From assembly GCA_022865685.1 (NCBI GenBank), contig JALHUB010000251.1, forward strand, positions 1 through 41,781: 41,781 nt of DNA. The letters run 5' to 3'. This stretch comes from Dehalococcoidia bacterium (lineage in GTDB: Bacteria > Chloroflexota > Dehalococcoidia > DSTF01 > JALHUB01). The position numbers and the translations under genes were made by a program. Within the stretch, counting starts at the first letter, position 1. Each line of letters opens with the position of its first letter. Below the pieces are notes generated by a model. It made no database searches, had not been told where the DNA came from, and was given only the letters and a program-made list of their open reading frames with translations. Shown here one piece after another: positions 41,179 through 41,781 of the stretch.

Positions 41179-41781
41179 ATGGAGCTGTTCGACATCTCAG
41201 TGCCCCTACGACCCGGCATGGTCGTCTACCCGGGCGACACGCCGTTCCACGCGGAGCGGCCGCGCGCCATCGCCCGCGGCGACGCCTACAACCTCACCCG
41301 TCTCCAGATCAGCGCTCACTCGGGCACCCATGTCGACGCGCCGCTGCACTTCATCGACGGCGCGCCCGGCGTCACCGACCTGCCGCTGACGGCGCTCATC
41401 GGTCCGGCCTACGTCGTCGACGCCACCGGCATCTCGGCTGACATCGATGCTGCGACCCTTGCGCGGCTGGATTTCCCGTCGGGCGTCAGCCGCATCCTCT
41501 TCAAGACGCCGAACTCCCGTCTCTGGGACCTCGACGACTTCAGCGACAAGTTCTTCGGCGTTACCGCCGATGCCGCGAAAGTCCTCGTGTCCCGCGGCGT
41601 CGAACTCGTCGGCATCGACTACCTTTCGCTGGCGCCGGCATCCGATCCCGCGCCCGCGCACGTCGTTCTCCTCGAAGCCGGCGTCGTCATCCTTGAGGGC
41701 GTCGACCTCCGTGCCATCGAGCCGGGGCCGTACCGGCTTATCTGCCTGCCCCTGCCCATTGAAGGCTGCGACGGCGCGCCC
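41179..41781 (+). CDS. Cyclase-family protein (kynurenine-formamidase-like), 3' end cut by window edge
   Basis: Hand translation of frame 1 from ATG 41179 gives MELFDISVPLRPGMVVYPGDTPF...ISAHSGTHVDAPLHF (HxGTHxDxPxH motif) ...GIDYLS. It stays open to the last base. It is absent from the ORF track because it has no stop codon. Confidence 0.8.
   Translation, partial: MELFDISVPLRPGMVVYPGDTPFHAERPRAIARGDAYNLTRLQISAHSGTHVDAPLHFIDGAPGVTDLPLTALIGPAYVVDATGISADIDAATLARLDFPSGVSRILFKTPNSRLWDLDDFSDKFFGVTADAAKVLVSRGVELVGIDYLSLAPASDPAPAHVVLLEAGVVILEGVDLRAIEPGPYRLICLPLPIEGCDGAP

Noticed and set aside
1-41781. Mobile elements, prophage genes, toxin-antitoxin pairs, restriction-modification or known defence systems
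   Set aside because: No transposase, integrase, phage structural, nuclease, methyltransferase or Cas-like motif was seen in any credible ORF, and no long terminal inverted or direct repeats bound the accessory region.

Overview
GC-rich (roughly two-thirds G+C by eye), gene-dense bacterial chromosomal segment. It is most likely from a Chloroflexota-type monoderm. That inference rests on a DUF2298 'YYY' membrane protein paired with a TIGR03663-like protein, a Tad pilus locus with no secretin, and an LPXTG-anchored protein. Housekeeping genes frame the window: smc (3' part), ftsY, mutS and mutL (split by an antisense S8 protease), plus an envelope cluster of YYY protein, TIGR03663-NHL fusion, DedA, UPF0104 and an FAD oxidoreductase. 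The accessory core lies at about 18.8-34 kb. On the minus strand it holds an uncharacterised AAA+ ATPase with a 158-aa unknown partner, a 25-aa hydrophobic peptide and an LPPTG-anchored Thr/Pro-rich surface protein. After a ~1 kb non-coding gap comes a plus-strand Flp/Tad pilus locus: flp1, a vWA-TM-FHA protein with four acidic WPVDD repeats, an ECF sigma with a short anti-sigma, flp2, a TadE-like remnant, cpaB, cpaE/tadZ, cpaF/tadA, tadB, tadC and DUF192. The right end is metabolic: a thiolase next to an HMG-CoA-synthase-like/DUF35 fusion that appears to lack its catalytic Cys, a standalone cNMP-binding protein, a flavodiiron protein, an acyl-CoA dehydrogenase, a PrsW protease and a cyclase-family protein (3' cut). 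No rRNA, tRNA, CRISPR array, transposase or integrase was recognised. Non-coding signals worth noting are a 37-nt motif shared by the CAP-domain gene and ECF sigma gene upstream regions, and REP-like 8-bp hairpins with TTCA/TGAA loops. Many long antisense ORFs in the track are GC-driven shadow ORFs and were rejected.
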